Assembly: GCA_000146045.2 (NCBI GenBank)
Contig: BK006949.2
Span: 672,001-736,000 of the forward strand
Reading direction: 5' to 3'
Source: TPA_inf: Saccharomyces
Lineage: Eukaryota
Length of the DNA: 64,000 nt
A program made the position numbers and the translations under genes. Shown here piece by piece: positions 32,657-44,155 of this stretch; the first letter of the stretch is position 1; the number at the start of each line of letters is the position of its first letter. The notes under the pieces are model-generated. The model was given only the letters and a program-made list of their open reading frames with translations. It had not been told where the DNA came from and searched no databases.

Positions 32657-32853
32657 CAAAACTTGACTTCTTACTCTTTCTCTACGTACTATTTCTATCC
32701 GATGATCGAATTTGGTATGTAAGTTCTGTTTTTCCACTTTGCGAAGCGGTCATTGGCCCAAAAGAAATACAACGAGTCATCTCCTCGCAGTAAACTGTAC
32801 AACAGCAAAGAAACAGTTAAAAACCCTCCAGAGAGAACACTTACTACTATAGC

Positions 32854-34593
32854 ATGGATGAAAACGGTACAGTAAAGCCTGGCTATGAATTAAAGGGACT
32901 CAATTCGGGAAATTCGAGGTCAAATATGGATAAGGATCCCATCGTTAGCAAATTTCATAGGGCTGGTCTCAATGATTCTGCAGACGAGGAAGATACTGAT
33001 ATCAATGGTAATCGCAACACTAGCTGGATAACTTCAATGATTAGTGAAGAAAAACGCAAGGTGGAGGGAAAATCTATGCTGAATGATGAGGAAGATTTGC
33101 ATTTATCCAAAGCTACTTTGAACAAATGCGATGCTCTAGTTAAGATATTAGCGGATATTATCAAGCTAGAGTTTGTTATTCACCAATCATGGTATATCAG
33201 ATCCCTTCACAAGAGTGTCTTAATTCAATTTGAAGTAGAAACGTCTGGTGGAAATAAGAATAGCGCCGGTGATAGCGGCGACGATGATGATGATAATCAT
33301 AATGGTAATCTGGACGATAGCTTTTATAAAGATTTAAGCTTAAAATGCATCAAAAAATGCGAGAAGTCTTCCCTTGCACTTGAGTCGCTGTCAAGGGACA
33401 TTGACCAAATTAGAGATTTCATAATGTCCAATACAATAGAAGACAACAGGGTTGACAGGCTTTTGCAGAATTCGATGACCCTGTTATTAGAGTGTTGGAT
33501 CTACTCTATGAAGAGATTGCGCCGTCTAAGGATGAAGATTGCAGGTATCTTTGTTAGGTCCAAACTTTTGCTTATTGATCATGAATTAGTGACCATATGG
33601 CATTTTTTACAGGAGCAAAACGAGCACGAAACGGTTAATAATGAGAACGAACTGAAATTGGCAGAAACAATAAAATCATACAGAGCGTTCATTAAGATAT
33701 TTATTCAACAATTGGAGGACTCCGAATCGGGATCTCCATCCTCCTCTTTGTTTGAAGAATGTTTACACGTTTTTTTGGATATAGAATCGATGTACAACTC
33801 TTTAAACCTGAATTGGCTTTTGAACGAAAACAAAGCATTACAAGAAAGACTACTATCACCATCGTCGACATCGGAGAACGATCATACTAATAACCTTCCC
33901 GTTATTGATGAGACAAAGGAAATCGAAGATATCAGCTCATTTGTCAATAGCATTGTGGATGCATCCATGTTGACACATGATTTGACTCCTATTAACTCAT
34001 CAGATAGCGACAATTTATCAAACGGAGAAATCGATCGTCTAGATGGAAGAAGGTTATCCTCTTCCACGTCAGATATGTCATTGATGATGCAAAGGACTTC
34101 TCTGCAGAAACAACTTCCTAGCTTATTAACTGCCTTCAACAACGCAAGAAGACTAGAACAAGAATTGCAAAACGCATGCAAAGTAAACGATAACAAACAT
34201 AGCACGAAAGATACTGATTCAAATATACGACGGAATGAACATGCTATGTCTTCAAGTGTATCCTCCATCATCTCCCAAAACTCCACATTAGCATCACCGT
34301 CTCCTCCGATGTCATCGTCCTTTATATCCACGGCGCCATCACAATCAAGTTCTCGTATGAGTACATTACCACTGTCTCCTTCCTCTTCATTATTGGAATC
34401 ACAATCGCAAACGCTGAAGAACAATATGTCGCAATGGTTGAACCAATCGCGATCTGGCCTCAACGGCACAAAACTTATTCCAACAAACCACATTGGGTTT
34501 CACAGCAATGTTCTGAATACTTTGTATGGTATCGGTGGTGGTCCGGTATCGAAATCTTATAAATCCAATCAACCTTCTTCACAAAATACTTGA
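32854..34593 (+). CDS. MDM36: mitochondrial distribution and morphology protein Mdm36 (579 aa)
   Basis: 579-aa ORF, Ser/Asn-rich at the C-terminus. Size and position match YPR083W. Confidence 0.8.
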   Translation: MDENGTVKPGYELKGLNSGNSRSNMDKDPIVSKFHRAGLNDSADEEDTDINGNRNTSWITSMISEEKRKVEGKSMLNDEEDLHLSKATLNKCDALVKILADIIKLEFVIHQSWYIRSLHKSVLIQFEVETSGGNKNSAGDSGDDDDDNHNGNLDDSFYKDLSLKCIKKCEKSSLALESLSRDIDQIRDFIMSNTIEDNRVDRLLQNSMTLLLECWIYSMKRLRRLRMKIAGIFVRSKLLLIDHELVTIWHFLQEQNEHETVNNENELKLAETIKSYRAFIKIFIQQLEDSESGSPSSSLFEECLHVFLDIESMYNSLNLNWLLNENKALQERLLSPSSTSENDHTNNLPVIDETKEIEDISSFVNSIVDASMLTHDLTPINSSDSDNLSNGEIDRLDGRRLSSSTSDMSLMMQRTSLQKQLPSLLTAFNNARRLEQELQNACKVNDNKHSTKDTDSNIRRNEHAMSSSVSSIISQNSTLASPSPPMSSSFISTAPSQSSSRMSTLPLSPSSSLLESQSQTLKNNMSQWLNQSRSGLNGTKLIPTNHIGFHSNVLNTLYGIGGGPVSKSYKSNQPSSQNT

Positions 34594-34971
34594 TAAGAAT
34601 AAGGATATCATTGCTATGTAAACAAACTAAATGCGAGGGTTGAGTACATAAATACAAAGCAAGACTTTTATCATACATAACACATATAACAACCAATGCA
34701 TGCATCCTCTCGACAATAGTTTTGTGCGTATGTCTTTGCGAAGTCCAAATACTACTCACATCCATCTTTTATTTTTTAATCCCATCGCAGCGAGTTTAAG
34801 CCTGAAAAATAGTGAACCAGTTGAAAAACACTAATAACATCGATGCAAAACTAACTATCAATAAACTGTTGTGTTTTTAGAACTCTGTACGTTGTTTCCT
34901 ATCCCAAGAGTTCAATAAGACGCAGCCAAGCTTTTATTCTCTTGACTCGTCCATCATAGAGCTTTATAGAA

Positions 34972-36342
34972 ATGTCAGAGAAGGCTTCTGAAGAGAGACC
35001 CATACGGCTGGCCGTTCTGGGGGGCACTTCTACCGGAAAGACCTCCCTGGTATCTAGGCTTACTGTTAATATCGTCCACGAGGTTCATTATCCAACAAGA
35101 AACCAAACTAACTGGCTTTTCGGCTTTGTTCCGTCATCGATCCTGGCCAGAGCTATATTAGACGAACAAGCTCACGAAAGACTTTGCCTTCGTTCCCCAA
35201 GCAGCCAAACCTTAGAGCCTATCTTCCCTTCACCTCAGGTCTCCAAAAATGTACTGCTGTCGCCATTGGTGTTTCAAGCTTCCACTGATAATTTTCAATC
35301 AGTGAGGTTACACAACAAAAGCCACTCCAGGAGATCCCTATCTTTGGATAAATCTGATTCTCCGCTGTATCAAACTTTTTCCAATGACATTAACTCTCAA
35401 AGTGTTCCTAAAATCAAGGCAGACCAGCTTAACGTTATCGAGCATTTTAAATTGCCCCTGAATTACATTCCACCCACTTATGCACCAATCCAGATTGATA
35501 TTATTGATACGCCTGGCTTCAGTCCTGATAATGTGGTGCCGTTCTTAGAAGTTTCTCTCTTCCGAAATTTAGGAAAATCAATCCTACATGGACTAGCAGA
35601 TGAACCAAGACGACCTGTATCTACTACTTCACTATTGGTTGCCTCTGGTGCCTCTGAGTTGAATGGTAAAGTTGACGGTTATATCTTGGTGTATAGCGCA
35701 GTCCCTGAATTAAACCATATTGGAGGCCCTCCGGAATATGGAGATGATGTGATGAACACAGATACGGAAAACGTCAGCGATGGTGGATTTGAACTTTTAA
35801 AAGTGATTAGAAACTGCATACTAGATGCTTGGACTGAATTTCGAAATTATGAAAAAAGATGGGAGGAAGGCAAAGAGGATGATATTTACTCATTGGTTTA
35901 CAGCCTGAGACATCTATGGAGTAAAAATAGCAAAGAGAAAAGCGCCAAAATAGAGCAATTGAGATCCTATAATACCAAACTAAAATCCATCGAGTTAGAC
36001 CCCTCATCTCCCGATTCACCACCACCATGCATTATCGTCTGTTCTCACGTTAATCATGAACTCGCAAGCCCAATGTTGATTGAAATGGGAAGACAACTAG
36101 CAACAAAATGGAAATATGGATTTGTTGGAATAGACAGCATGGATGATTTAAATGTCGATGTGGCGGTTAGCTTACTAATAAAGGAAATATCAGAAAAGAT
36201 GAAGCTACTGGTTTCTAATTCCAATGGAAGTAGTAGTAGTGGTAATTCAAGTTCAATTTACAACTCTCATTTAATGAATGACAAGAAGAAAAACAACAAT
36301 GCCGGCTTAAACAAAAATATGTTGAAGAAAATTATAAAATAA
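34972..36342 (+). CDS. YPR084W, protein of unknown function (456 aa) with a possible N-terminal P-loop
   Basis: 456-aa ORF beginning MSEKASEERPIRLAVLGGTSTGKTSLVSRL (GxxxxGKT Walker A-like). Position matches YPR084W. Confidence 0.75.
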   Translation: MSEKASEERPIRLAVLGGTSTGKTSLVSRLTVNIVHEVHYPTRNQTNWLFGFVPSSILARAILDEQAHERLCLRSPSSQTLEPIFPSPQVSKNVLLSPLVFQASTDNFQSVRLHNKSHSRRSLSLDKSDSPLYQTFSNDINSQSVPKIKADQLNVIEHFKLPLNYIPPTYAPIQIDIIDTPGFSPDNVVPFLEVSLFRNLGKSILHGLADEPRRPVSTTSLLVASGASELNGKVDGYILVYSAVPELNHIGGPPEYGDDVMNTDTENVSDGGFELLKVIRNCILDAWTEFRNYEKRWEEGKEDDIYSLVYSLRHLWSKNSKEKSAKIEQLRSYNTKLKSIELDPSSPDSPPPCIIVCSHVNHELASPMLIEMGRQLATKWKYGFVGIDSMDDLNVDVAVSLLIKEISEKMKLLVSNSNGSSSSGNSSSIYNSHLMNDKKKNNNAGLNKNMLKKIIK

Positions 36343-36496
36343 TTGATAGAGGGAAGAACTCCCTTTAACATTCTTATGACCATGATACATCGCACTTTTT
36401 TTTACTTGGATTGAGGAAATATGTATATATAGGCACGTATGTATATATACAAATGTTCTTTCTGAAACCATGTAAACAGAAAAGGAAAAAAAATAA

Positions 36497-37828
36497 TTAT
36501 ATTTTATTGAGCTTTATGGTACCATCTTCATATCCAATTAAACACCAGTTACATTTCGCCAGCGCTTTAATACGTCTAAGTTGTCCTAACCTCAACCCAT
36601 CTGACTGCACATCAAACGATTCCAAACATGTCATGGCTCCCACTTTATAGTTATGGGATTTCGAGCTGGATTCGGTATTTGAGCCGCTACCGTTTGTTAG
36701 GTCTCCCATAGAGCTATCACTCACGACCAGGTTGTTCTTTGATTTCACAAAAGTTTGCTCCACTTCTGAAGTCCGCATATTATAAACAATGGTCATACCT
36801 GACCAACTACTCACGACTAAGTAATCGTCTTTTACTTTATCAATATGACCAATATTCTTCAAGGGAAGATGTACTTTTGATGGCTCACTGACTCTCAGTG
36901 AGCTTGGGCATTTTATCAAAAGCGCATCATCTCTAAGGTATTTCGTCTCAAGTTGTAAGTTCACTGGAATTTTGTACTTGGTTATGAAATCGTCTGTTGA
37001 ACAACTATAAAGTTCATCCCCGCTAACACACATATCAAGTATTGGATTCGGATAATGATCGTTAGAAACATGGACCAGTTCTGCAATGTCCCTTTGAAGG
37101 CCTTCATCAAAAGTAATTTTAAATCCGACTACAAACCCATTTTCATAACCTAAAAATATGACATCGTTTAATTTAGCAAATCTCATTATGATACCGAATT
37201 TGGAGTCTTTCGAAATTCCTAAAAAATTCTGCTGCTTCAAGAATCTGGGGAAATTAATATTATTGAATGGTCTTTTCAATTTAAATGTGGAGTCTTCTAT
37301 TATCTGATATATATCGATAGTTTCCGAATCATCAGTATGACAGCAAACCAATCTATAACTTTTATTATCTTTGGTTGGTTTCACTTCAGCTTCGATGATG
37401 AAATTCGCAAAATTCAGTGTGTTTATGGGCATTTCATAGATTTTAGTCCATTGTAAATGATCCGTTTTATTGGCTTGGCTAAGCTTTCTAACTAAATCTA
37501 TAGATAGTTGTGTAGATGAATCAAGCTCAAAAATTCGCAGCATGGAGTCTTTCGAAAGAATGTACAGCACATTGGTAGTTTCCACCCACCAAAACGCTAT
37601 AATGTGCGAGTTGCCCTCGATTTCTATATGTGTAATCGGTCTCTTGGTCACCAGGTCCCACATAACGAAATAACCGTAGTTATCACCGGATAACAAGACT
37701 GGCACATTCGAAACTGACGGTGCTTTGATGACCTGCAAAGCTGTGATGCCCCTTTTATGGTAACGTAAGGTGAAATCGGATAAAGTCAACGTTCTCTTCA
37801 GGATTATCTCATTACTAAAGCCTCTCAT
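36497..37828 (-). CDS. ASA1: ASTRA complex WD-repeat protein Asa1 (443 aa)
   Basis: WD-repeat-like ORF. The start is taken at MRGFSNEIILKRTL (ATG 37828), giving 443 aa. YPR085C. Confidence 0.8.
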   Translation of the reverse strand: MRGFSNEIILKRTLTLSDFTLRYHKRGITALQVIKAPSVSNVPVLLSGDNYGYFVMWDLVTKRPITHIEIEGNSHIIAFWWVETTNVLYILSKDSMLRIFELDSSTQLSIDLVRKLSQANKTDHLQWTKIYEMPINTLNFANFIIEAEVKPTKDNKSYRLVCCHTDDSETIDIYQIIEDSTFKLKRPFNNINFPRFLKQQNFLGISKDSKFGIIMRFAKLNDVIFLGYENGFVVGFKITFDEGLQRDIAELVHVSNDHYPNPILDMCVSGDELYSCSTDDFITKYKIPVNLQLETKYLRDDALLIKCPSSLRVSEPSKVHLPLKNIGHIDKVKDDYLVVSSWSGMTIVYNMRTSEVEQTFVKSKNNLVVSDSSMGDLTNGSGSNTESSSKSHNYKVGAMTCLESFDVQSDGLRLGQLRRIKALAKCNWCLIGYEDGTIKLNKI

Positions 37829-38100
37829 GTGTTCTACGCCCATTGTAATCGACGCTCGCCTTGACTGCACATCACACCCAATTTATGCACGTGCTTAAAT
37901 AGTAGTTTATAGCTTAGTATCTCTGTATTTCTGTCTTACTCATCACCGTTTCGTCTCAATATTTGCTTAAAAATCGAAAAATTTTGTTATAAATTTAGTT
38001 AAAAAAAAGTGAAGAGAATAATCATCACTTATAAAGACAACTTAATAGACGCTGGTGTGGACGATCCAGTGATAGAGAAGGGGAGAAGTAGATACGCAGA

Positions 38101-39138
38101 ATGATGACTAGGGAGAGCATAGATAAAAGAGCAGGAAGAAGGGGTCCTAATCTGAATATTGTGCTGACGTGTCCGGAGTGCAAAGTCTACCCACCAAAAA
38201 TCGTTGAAAGATTTAGTGAAGGGGATGTTGTATGTGCTCTATGTGGTCTAGTACTATCAGATAAACTGGTTGACACCAGGTCGGAGTGGAGAACGTTTTC
38301 AAATGATGATCACAACGGTGATGACCCAAGTCGTGTTGGTGAGGCTTCAAATCCTCTTTTAGATGGGAATAACCTATCTACAAGGATCGGAAAGGGTGAA
38401 ACCACGGATATGAGATTCACCAAAGAACTGAATAAGGCACAAGGAAAAAATGTGATGGATAAAAAGGATAATGAAGTACAAGCTGCATTTGCTAAGATTA
38501 CCATGCTATGTGATGCTGCTGAATTACCGAAGATTGTGAAAGATTGTGCCAAGGAAGCATATAAACTTTGCCACGATGAAAAAACTTTGAAGGGGAAATC
38601 AATGGAGAGTATAATGGCTGCATCCATACTGATTGGTTGCAGACGTGCTGAAGTGGCAAGGACTTTTAAAGAAATCCAGTCATTAATCCATGTCAAAACT
38701 AAAGAGTTTGGTAAAACTTTAAACATAATGAAGAACATTTTAAGAGGCAAGAGCGAAGATGGTTTCTTGAAGATTGATACCGATAATATGAGTGGTGCAC
38801 AAAACCTAACTTATATACCCAGGTTTTGTTCGCATCTGGGCTTACCGATGCAAGTCACTACTTCTGCTGAATATACCGCAAAGAAATGTAAAGAGATCAA
38901 AGAAATTGCAGGTAAATCCCCTATTACTATCGCTGTTGTTTCCATCTATCTAAACATCCTGCTCTTTCAGATCCCTATTACCGCAGCGAAAGTGGGCCAA
39001 ACCTTGCAAGTTACTGAAGGTACCATCAAATCTGGTTACAAGATACTTTATGAGCATAGAGACAAGCTTGTGGATCCGCAGCTTATTGCTAATGGTGTAG
39101 TGTCTTTGGATAACTTACCGGGCGTTGAAAAGAAATAA
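38101..39138 (+). CDS. SUA7: general transcription factor TFIIB (345 aa)
   Basis: N-terminal zinc ribbon ([28 protein letters not shown]), B-finger and two cyclin-like repeats. 345 aa. YPR086W. Confidence 0.93.
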
Positions 39139-39402
39139 TGAAGTGATAAAACAGTAAATTATAGGAACAAGAAGCACGGGTACTCGTGTTAGAGGGTAGA
39201 ACCTTTTCCATGGCAGTTCAATCGAATATTTATTTTGTTATTTTACAATTCAAAAAAATAGAATGAACACTTTATAATTTAACAAGATTTTTCTTTTTTT
39301 TTTTATTGAAGGAGGTATTCGAAAGGATGAAAGCTAAACAAGTTATTTGAAATATGCATACATACATATATATATATACTGTGTATATTCAAATGGTGGC
39401 CT

Positions 39403-41028
39403 TTAGCCCATACCGAATTGTTTTGCCATTTGTTGCATTTGTGGATCTTGCATCATTTTCATCATTTCGTTCATATCAGGCATTCCTCCGCCCATTCCTC
39501 CGCCCATTCCGCCACCAAACATGTTCATCATATTTTGCATTAGACCTGGATTTTGCTTCAGCTTTTGTTGTGCCTGCTGCATCATTTGTGGAGTCACTTT
39601 TGGCATACCAGGCATATTCGGCATACCAGGCATGTTTGGCATACCCGGCATGTTTGGCATGCCAGGCATCCTAGCATTGGCACCAGGGGCTCCTGGTTGT
39701 TGCTGGGTTGCGGTTTGTGCCATTCTTGCCATCATCTGCTGTTGCATCAATATCATTTCTACCTCGAACACAGAAGTACCTGAACCTTTAGCTACACGAA
39801 CCATTCTTGTAGGCTCTTCAATGAACATTCTACCATCAGATTCTAGTTCTTCTTTAGTCATAGAATCCAAAACGTAAACCATTTTCTTCATCTTTTGAGA
39901 GGTTTCCTCCTCCCCTACTTGATTCATCATATTACTCATACCAGGAATCATCTGCGCTATATTTGATAATGGACCCATTTTCATTATTGTTTGCATCTGT
40001 TTCTTGAAATCTAGCAAGGTGAACTTACCCTTTTGGATGTTTTCCATTGTGGCTTTTGCATCTTCCTTGTTGGAAACGGTTTGTAATTGCTCAAAGAGAC
40101 TCTCTATATCACCAATACCCAACAGTTTAGATATGAATGACTTAGGCGAGAACTTTTCCAAATCATGAATGTGCTCACCTGTACCAATAAAGATAATCGG
40201 AGTGTTTGTGGCTGCAACGGCCGAAATTGCCCCACCCCCTCTAGCGTGGCCGTCCATCTTGGTTAATATAATGGCACCAAAATCGGACGATTCTTTGAAA
40301 GCCTTGGATTGTTGCTCTGCAGCTTGACCAATGGAAGCATCTAAAACCATGATAGTTTGATTAGGCTTGATGACATTGGATATTTCAATCATTTCTTGGA
40401 ACAACTCTTCTTCTTGATGATGCCTACCTGAAGTATCAACGATGATGATATCAAACTTCTCTTTCTTAAACTTGTTAATACCTTCTTCTGCAACTTTGGC
40501 AGGGTCAGTCTCCGTATATGACCCATAAAATGGAATTCTTGCTCTTATAGCGTTTTGTTTCAATTGGTCAAATGCACCAGCACGGAAAGTATCCGCACAT
40601 ACCAAACCCACTTTGAAACCTCTCTTCGAGTAGTAAACTGCTAACTTGGTACAGGAAGTAGTTTTACCTGAACCTTGCAGCCCAACAAACATGATGATGT
40701 TTGTCTTTCTCTTCTTGGGCACAAAGGCCTTCTCTTCACTACCTTCGCAGGTGACCAACTTACACAGTTCATCAAACACCGTTTTCTGAATAAGCTTCTT
40801 AGTTTGTGCGTTTGTTGTGGACTTCTCACTACGGTTCTCACTCAGCAGCTGTGACCTTATATTATTTCGTAACTTAGAAACCAGGGCAATATTCACATCC
40901 GATTCTAACAACGCAGTCACGATGCCCTTTAACATTACATCTACGGATGTAGTAAAGTCATCCTGTGTATTGGAAATCGCGTTATTCACAGCAGAATTAA
41001 TCCGCTTCCCCAAATCAGCCAAAACCAT
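39403..41028 (-). CDS. SRP54: signal recognition particle GTPase subunit Srp54 (541 aa)
   Basis: N and G domains ([19 protein letters not shown]) followed by a Met-rich M domain with (PGMPNM)n repeats. 541 aa. YPR088C. Confidence 0.93.
39602..39673 (-). repeat. coding tandem repeat, about 4 x 18 bp, encoding the (PGMPNM)n segment of the Srp54 M domain
   Basis: Plus strand: GGCATACCAGGCATATTC / GGCATACCAGGCATGTTT / GGCATACCCGGCATGTTT / GGCATGCCAGGCATCCTA, four near-identical 18-bp units. Confidence 0.8.
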
Positions 41029-41274
41029 CCTTTAGTTAGACTCGATGCTGTGTTTTCTTTCCCTTCTCTTCTGCATCCTTGCTGTTCAACCACTTTTCAT
41101 TATCTTGTTTTACCACTATTTTTTTTCACTTTGTTGATGTCTTTATCGTTAGCGGTGATTTTTCGATATTGAGATGAACGAAAAGACCATCATACTATAA
41201 CAATATGGGTAGTGACTGAAGTATAGGAGAGCCGCAATTGCCGGTCTACAGAACTCACAAGGCATTCGTGAACA

Positions 41275-43941
41275 ATGAACAGTGTTTGGGATGATGCTAG
41301 AATAGAGGACAGAACGGTGGACAAACCAGTAGGCTCCTCTCACGCTCAGGAGAAACTCGCGCTGGTAAAATCAACTTTGTTTAAACTTGACCAAGAAGAT
41401 AGACCAGAATGCGATTCCTGGGTACAACTAGTCAAATTGATCTGCGACGAAGACCGTGAAGAAGAATTTACTACATTCAAGGAGTTATTAAGGGAAGTCA
41501 AAAACGTTAATGATAAATCCGTCACAGGCGTTGCCTTGATTCATTATATCATTGTATTTGATCGTGCAGACTACATTGAGTTACTACATGATAATCCTTC
41601 TGGTGCAAAATTAGATTTGAATCTTGTCGACGACATTGTAGGTTACACACCTTTGATGTGGAGTTTCAGTCTGCAGAGAAGGAACTGTTGCTTGGAGCTG
41701 TTCAACGCATTCGACGAGATAAACTTCAACATGACGAATAAGGCTGGATTAACCGCTTGGGATATGGTTCCTCCATATTCACCACTTTCGGAATTTTTGG
41801 AACAAAACAATATGTTTCGATACCGTACCGAAGTAAAACATGAAATACCTCAAATTTCCCAACCGAAAGACACCTCTCTTCTAATGAGTAATGAAGACTC
41901 TACCACGAAAGAAACTTTTGATAATATTGACTTACAAGTCGCCGGTTTGACCCTGTCCCCTGGTGCAAATGACAACATGTTTCTGGATTCTGATGAAAAG
42001 AACATGAATCATTCTCAGGGAGCTGCAACCCTAATAGATCCCACATATACAGAAGACTACCACGGTACATTTGATTATGATAAACTATCTCCGGACCAAT
42101 ACTTGGAATTTTCCGACTTTGATATACCACAAATCCTGAATCTATTGATATCGCTACCACAAAAGGAACCTCACATGACCACCTATCCAGCTGGTTTAAT
42201 ATACCAATGTATTAGATATGCTGATCATAAGATAAAGTCCAAGCCACTAGTAGAATCGTTAATTAACTTATCTCTAACAAAAATTCTGACCAGTGTTTCA
42301 TCCAACGGAGCTGCAGGATTGGTCTCCACAGAAGCTTCTTTGCAAGCAGGTGACATTGTATTGCAATCGTATTGGTTAAGTTGTTTATCTTTTCTCTATT
42401 ACTACCTCTGTAGAGATGATTCATTTTTCAAGAGGCATCCAAGCGTGTTACAAGAGCTGATTAACACCATCCACTCTATTATCATAGAACTGACATCTTC
42501 CATTCATTGCAGGTTGATTTCTTTGATAGATTCAACTTTACTAGCATACACAACAATCCAGGACGTTAAACAAACTTTATACAAAAGAGACTGGAACTTT
42601 TTTAAAAAGAGAAAGCAGGCCAAGCTTTTATTGAAGGAAAAGAACAGAAAACAATTAAAGGAACAACAAAAGAAAGAACTTCATCGAAAAAGCCAGGGTC
42701 AAGAAAATCATGAAGAAGAGGAGGGTCAACAAGATGGGAATGATTCAGATGATAGGGCATCAACAAATGATGATAACAATTCTAGTGTTTCACTCTTTTA
42801 TGATAAAGAAATTTTGAGACATTTATATCCTCCATCATTCGAAGAGCAGATGAAACCCTCTCCACTAAAGATTGTTCAAATATTTGGTGCCTTGTCTTAC
42901 GTTCTTAATTTACATCAAACGCATCCGATTTTCCAACAACAGTGTCTCTCTATTTCAGTTAACTGGTTTGCCACGACCTTATTCAATAAGATCTTAAAGG
43001 ACAAAAAGAAAAGATCTTTATCAAGAGCCCATGCTATTCAAATCAGGTTAAATCTTTCAACTCTAGAATCATGGATACAGAACAACGATTTCTGTGTTCC
43101 TAAACCGATGCTTATTGATGACTTCATGTGGCAGCGCTTTCCAATGACTTTAATTCGCGACGTTGGCGAGATAGATTTATCGGATCCGATACTAAGAAAT
43201 GTAGCAACTTACAAACCTATAGATGAAAATAACAAGGACTTGATATATGATACGTCAAACTCATTATTTTACTACCAACCTTTCCATAAGATCGCCCAAA
43301 TTCATCTTGAGCCAGTTTTCCAACTATTACAATGGTTGCAAGTAGCTACAACACTAGATAGTGAAGAATCATTAATATCAACAATGAATTTATTACCAAG
43401 AATTACACCAGTACAGCTCCTAAAGTCTATGGAAAAATACAATTACGAATTGAATGAAAATAAATTCAACTCCAAACTGAAGAAATTTTTAAACAACAAA
43501 ATCAAAGATAGTAAGATGAGCAAGGCAGACGCGTATTTACAAGAACATGAAATACCGTATCTAGTTTTACCAACTATACCCGAAATGACAGACTTGTATT
43601 CAAAGGGTCCTGATTCACATTCTTTCCAACCGTTTTTACCAGGCAGTATCCAAGACGATGTTTATGAAATTCACGATGTCAACTTCAAACAAAGACAAAA
43701 TGAACCACAGATATCTCGGACTAACTCGGGTACCTCAGATTTTACTGGAGATGAGGATAAGGCGCAATATGAAACTGAAGGGGTAGGGGAAAGTATAGAT
43801 ATTAACGAAACAGTCGAACCCGAGAGCAACGCGTTCAATGTAGGTAATGATGATTATTTTAAAGAATTAAATATTCCGTCTTCAACTGCTCAACGTCCTG
43901 CTTGGTCGAATAATGATGATATGGAACAAAATCCGTGGTAA
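41275..43941 (+). CDS. YPR089W, protein of unknown function (888 aa)
   Basis: Uninterrupted 888-aa ORF. The position between SRP54 and NVJ2 matches YPR089W, which I recall was merged with the former YPR090W. Confidence 0.78.
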   Translation: MNSVWDDARIEDRTVDKPVGSSHAQEKLALVKSTLFKLDQEDRPECDSWVQLVKLICDEDREEEFTTFKELLREVKNVNDKSVTGVALIHYIIVFDRADYIELLHDNPSGAKLDLNLVDDIVGYTPLMWSFSLQRRNCCLELFNAFDEINFNMTNKAGLTAWDMVPPYSPLSEFLEQNNMFRYRTEVKHEIPQISQPKDTSLLMSNEDSTTKETFDNIDLQVAGLTLSPGANDNMFLDSDEKNMNHSQGAATLIDPTYTEDYHGTFDYDKLSPDQYLEFSDFDIPQILNLLISLPQKEPHMTTYPAGLIYQCIRYADHKIKSKPLVESLINLSLTKILTSVSSNGAAGLVSTEASLQAGDIVLQSYWLSCLSFLYYYLCRDDSFFKRHPSVLQELINTIHSIIIELTSSIHCRLISLIDSTLLAYTTIQDVKQTLYKRDWNFFKKRKQAKLLLKEKNRKQLKEQQKKELHRKSQGQENHEEEEGQQDGNDSDDRASTNDDNNSSVSLFYDKEILRHLYPPSFEEQMKPSPLKIVQIFGALSYVLNLHQTHPIFQQQCLSISVNWFATTLFNKILKDKKKRSLSRAHAIQIRLNLSTLESWIQNNDFCVPKPMLIDDFMWQRFPMTLIRDVGEIDLSDPILRNVATYKPIDENNKDLIYDTSNSLFYYQPFHKIAQIHLEPVFQLLQWLQVATTLDSEESLISTMNLLPRITPVQLLKSMEKYNYELNENKFNSKLKKFLNNKIKDSKMSKADAYLQEHEIPYLVLPTIPEMTDLYSKGPDSHSFQPFLPGSIQDDVYEIHDVNFKQRQNEPQISRTNSGTSDFTGDEDKAQYETEGVGESIDINETVEPESNAFNVGNDDYFKELNIPSSTAQRPAWSNNDDMEQNPW

Positions 43942-44155
43942 TTTGTGCGTTAGAACAGTGAACTTTTGTATCGAACTTTATATAATAATTCTACGGATGT
44001 ATCCATCTTATTTCTTTTCAAAAGAATGGAAGAATAGAAATGTAAATAATGAGTTAAAAGGGGCAGTTGCTTGATATTTTGACACGAATTTAGTTACAAC
44101 ATTTTGCATATAGCTTCAAGTGATATTTATTTATTTTTAATATAGTACCGTGGAC

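Noticed and set aside
39354-39877. Plus-strand ORFs (106, 118, 76 aa) overlapping SRP54 (YPR087W/VPS69-like)
   Set aside because: Antisense to SRP54. The translations are artefacts of the Met/Pro/Gly-rich repeat read on the other strand.
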